Of a stretch of DNA of 35,511 bases, positions 33,247 through 35,511 are shown one piece after another. The stretch spans positions 1 to 35,511 of IMG/VR virus record IMGVR_UViG_3300012942_000033; one strand, written 5' to 3'. The notes under the pieces were generated by a model, which was given only the letters and a program-made list of their open reading frames with translations, had not been told where the DNA came from and made no database searches. The translations under genes and the position numbers were made by a program. The stretch's first letter is position 1. Each line of letters starts with the position of its first letter. Source of the DNA: a virus. Its lineage: Duplodnaviria; Heunggongvirae; Uroviricota; Caudoviricetes.

Positions 33247-34077
33247 ATGACTGTTTTCATCTACGAGATCAAGAGAAAAGTCGAGCTCACTCTGAGGGAG
33301 ACTGAAGGTCTAGTGAATTGGAACCTGCCCATGGATAGCAATGATTTTCGCATCTTCAAGGATGTCACGAATACCATCGAGTTCGTGGTCAGAGATACTG
33401 ATCGCAAACCCATTAACATGATGGGTAGAACGGCTCAAATCACGATGTATGATCAACGTAATCGTGAGATGATGTGGCAACATCCGCTCAATGTGATCAA
33501 TGATGCTAAGGGCCTTTGCCAATTGAATATCACTTCTGATGTGACCTCTGATTGGTACCTTGCAACCTACTCCTACAGCATTACGGTTCAGAACCTAGAT
33601 GGCTCGGTTCATATGTTGTATGTGGATCAACATGAAGGCCAGAGCGGGTTCTTTGAATTAGCTCAGGGGCCTAGCTTTGAACCTCAACCAAGCGTCGAAA
33701 TTCCTGGTGACAAGCTGAAGTTTGAACAACAGGGTGAGGATGATGATCTTCATTATCAATTCACTAGTGCCTTGCCAGGTTCCATGAAGAGACATAACTT
33801 CTCTGGTCTTCATACCGCTGTAGCATTCTTCGAGAACTTCTCAGGCACTCTGTTGGTTCAGGGTAGCATTGAAGAAGGCACGCCAACGGATAGTGGTGAA
33901 TGGTTTGATATCGAGACTCGACATTATGATCACAAGACTGGTGCGGATTCATTCAACATCCTAGCTAATCTCCAATGGGTCAGATTCCGTCTTTGGAACC
34001 GTTACTTTGATGATGGTTCAGGTGTGATCCTCGATGCCAATAAGGGTAAGTTGGTCAAACTGGTATATAGAAATTGA
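33247..34077 (+). CDS. Probable virion structural protein (beta-rich, BppU-like N-domain possible), 276 aa
   Basis: SD GAGGA before ATG 33247; 'NTIEFVVRDTDRKPIN..G'; late promoter upstream. Confidence 0.7.
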   Translation: MTVFIYEIKRKVELTLRETEGLVNWNLPMDSNDFRIFKDVTNTIEFVVRDTDRKPINMMGRTAQITMYDQRNREMMWQHPLNVINDAKGLCQLNITSDVTSDWYLATYSYSITVQNLDGSVHMLYVDQHEGQSGFFELAQGPSFEPQPSVEIPGDKLKFEQQGEDDDLHYQFTSALPGSMKRHNFSGLHTAVAFFENFSGTLLVQGSIEEGTPTDSGEWFDIETRHYDHKTGADSFNILANLQWVRFRLWNRYFDDGSGVILDANKGKLVKLVYRN

Positions 34078-34116
34078 CGGCCAGATGGGTTCTCACCTAT
34101 TGTGCAGAGAACCCAT
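34074..34116 (+). promoter_or_regulatory. Candidate promoter TTGACG-N18-TATTGT with -10 in the loop of a perfect 10-bp inverted repeat
   Basis: ATGGGTTCTC(34085-94)...GAGAACCCAT(34107-16). Confidence 0.55.
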
Positions 34117-34135
34117 TTAGAAGAAGAGGCCGTTA

Positions 34136-35511
34136 ATGCCCGGAATTGATTATTCTGCGCGATACCGTGATTATGCGCGATTCACTCCAGCCATCAGTGA
34201 AATGTACACCAGGTATGTGGTGAATGACAACCCAAAGAGAGAACCTCCGGTTACGCGACCTGAGCTAGACTTCCTCAATCCTGAGACTGGTCTCTTCTAT
34301 CTACCTTGTTCGCTCTATAGTGCGGGACAGGCCGCCAAGAGTGCTGGTATGTCACACAAGAAGGATATGGTCACTGGCCGGGATAAGAGCCACACGACCA
34401 TCCTTGGTGATTCGGGTGGATTCCAGATCCAGACTGGTGCGATTCCATTCAAAGGTGATGAAACCCGTAATCGCATGATGAAGTGGATGGAAGAGAACTG
34501 TGATTGGTCGATGATTCTTGATTTCCCCACTGGGGGTATCGATATGGGTACAATCACACCGCATACTGAACGTCTGAAGAGTGGGCCGTTTGTAACCAAT
34601 CCTGATGGCTCCTTAGCTCTGGATAAGAATGGCAACAAGATTCCAAATCCTTTGGCAGATTGGGGTAACGGTGATCGTCTTGCTGAGCTGTGTAACAGTA
34701 ACGGTTTTTCTGAAGCGTATAACACCTGCTTGCTTCAGACCCTGATCAATAACGATTGGTTCGTAGCTAATCGAACGCCGGGCGCGACAAAGTTTCTTAA
34801 TGTGGTTCAGGGTCGTAATAACTCTGAAAGTGAGTATTGGTACCAACAGGTTAAGCATTATCCTTTTGAAGGGTGGTCGCTTGCTGCTAACCACAAAGAG
34901 AATTTTGAGATGACTTTGAGTCGTATCATTCAGATGCGTGATGATGGTCTTCTTAATGATCGTGACTGGATGCACTTCTTGGGTGTTGGTAAATTCCAAC
35001 ACGGTTGTGTCTACACTACTATCCAGCGTTGTATCAGAGAATCAGTAAACGATAAGTTCACGATCTCCTACGATGTGAGTTCACCATTCACTTTGGCTGC
35101 CTATGGTAAGGTCTTCGTTGGTTACAATGTAGACAAAAACAGTTGGTCGATCCAAGGTGAGAAACTTGATGGTCGTCACTTCCTACCTACAAATACCTAC
35201 ACTGATGATGACGGTGTTGAGCAAATTGGCCATGAGATGATTTCTACGGGTAAGGGCCGTACAGAATACCTCCTTGATAAGAATGGGAACAGGATTCCAC
35301 TACCACCTAAGGGTGCGGAAGCAGACCGGCCATTCCTCGATGTGTTGCGTGAAATGTATCAGGATCGTCTTGGTAAAGAATCTGGTGGTCGCTTCGTTGA
35401 AACTGAAGTCGGCAAGCGTCTTACCATGGGTGATATCTGTGTCAACGTGGATCCAAAGTTCACCTCGACTTGGGACGTGGTCAGCTATGCGCTCCTGATG
35501 AATCATAACAT
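34136..35511 (+). CDS. TGT/DpdA-like (tRNA-guanine transglycosylase fold) protein, 3'-truncated by window edge (>458 aa; absent from the ORF track)
   Basis: Manually translated open frame from ATG 34136 (MPGIDYSARY...); signature 'ILGDSGGFQI', 'MILDFP', 'FLNVVQG', 'HFLGVG', 'ISYDVSSP'; no stop before 35511. Confidence 0.8.
   Translation, partial: MPGIDYSARYRDYARFTPAISEMYTRYVVNDNPKREPPVTRPELDFLNPETGLFYLPCSLYSAGQAAKSAGMSHKKDMVTGRDKSHTTILGDSGGFQIQTGAIPFKGDETRNRMMKWMEENCDWSMILDFPTGGIDMGTITPHTERLKSGPFVTNPDGSLALDKNGNKIPNPLADWGNGDRLAELCNSNGFSEAYNTCLLQTLINNDWFVANRTPGATKFLNVVQGRNNSESEYWYQQVKHYPFEGWSLAANHKENFEMTLSRIIQMRDDGLLNDRDWMHFLGVGKFQHGCVYTTIQRCIRESVNDKFTISYDVSSPFTLAAYGKVFVGYNVDKNSWSIQGEKLDGRHFLPTNTYTDDDGVEQIGHEMISTGKGRTEYLLDKNGNRIPLPPKGAEADRPFLDVLREMYQDRLGKESGGRFVETEVGKRLTMGDICVNVDPKFTSTWDVVSYALLMNHN

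Overview
A 35.5-kb segment of a large lytic myophage genome with T4-superfamily core genes. Gene content and order resemble Rak2/121Q/Atu_ph07-type jumbo phages (family assignment from recalled motifs, not a database search). Almost all genes are on the + strand. Left part (1-18.3 kb), morphogenesis: tail sheath, tail tube, tube-like baseplate protein, gp4-like head completion protein, putative small terminase, two large acidic head polyproteins and large terminase. Right part (19.5-35.5 kb), replication/recombination: gp32 SSB, UvsX, UvsY, AAA+ ATPase, a HARP-like protein plus an apparently dead SNF2 helicase, UvsW, gp62-like clamp-loader subunit, a minimal DnaE-like protein, and a TGT/DpdA-like ORF that runs off the right edge. 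The most unusual region is a ~4-kb islet between the sheath and tube genes. It holds a ~360-nt ORF-free, heavily base-paired candidate ncRNA, a small ORF, an array of hairpins with a shared NCYGU loop motif coupled to a 9-bp anti-Shine-Dalgarno switch, a full-length Ro60/TROVE gene and a convergent HNH endonuclease. This may be an undescribed phage Ro60-ncRNA system. All structures were folded by eye and need computational confirmation.
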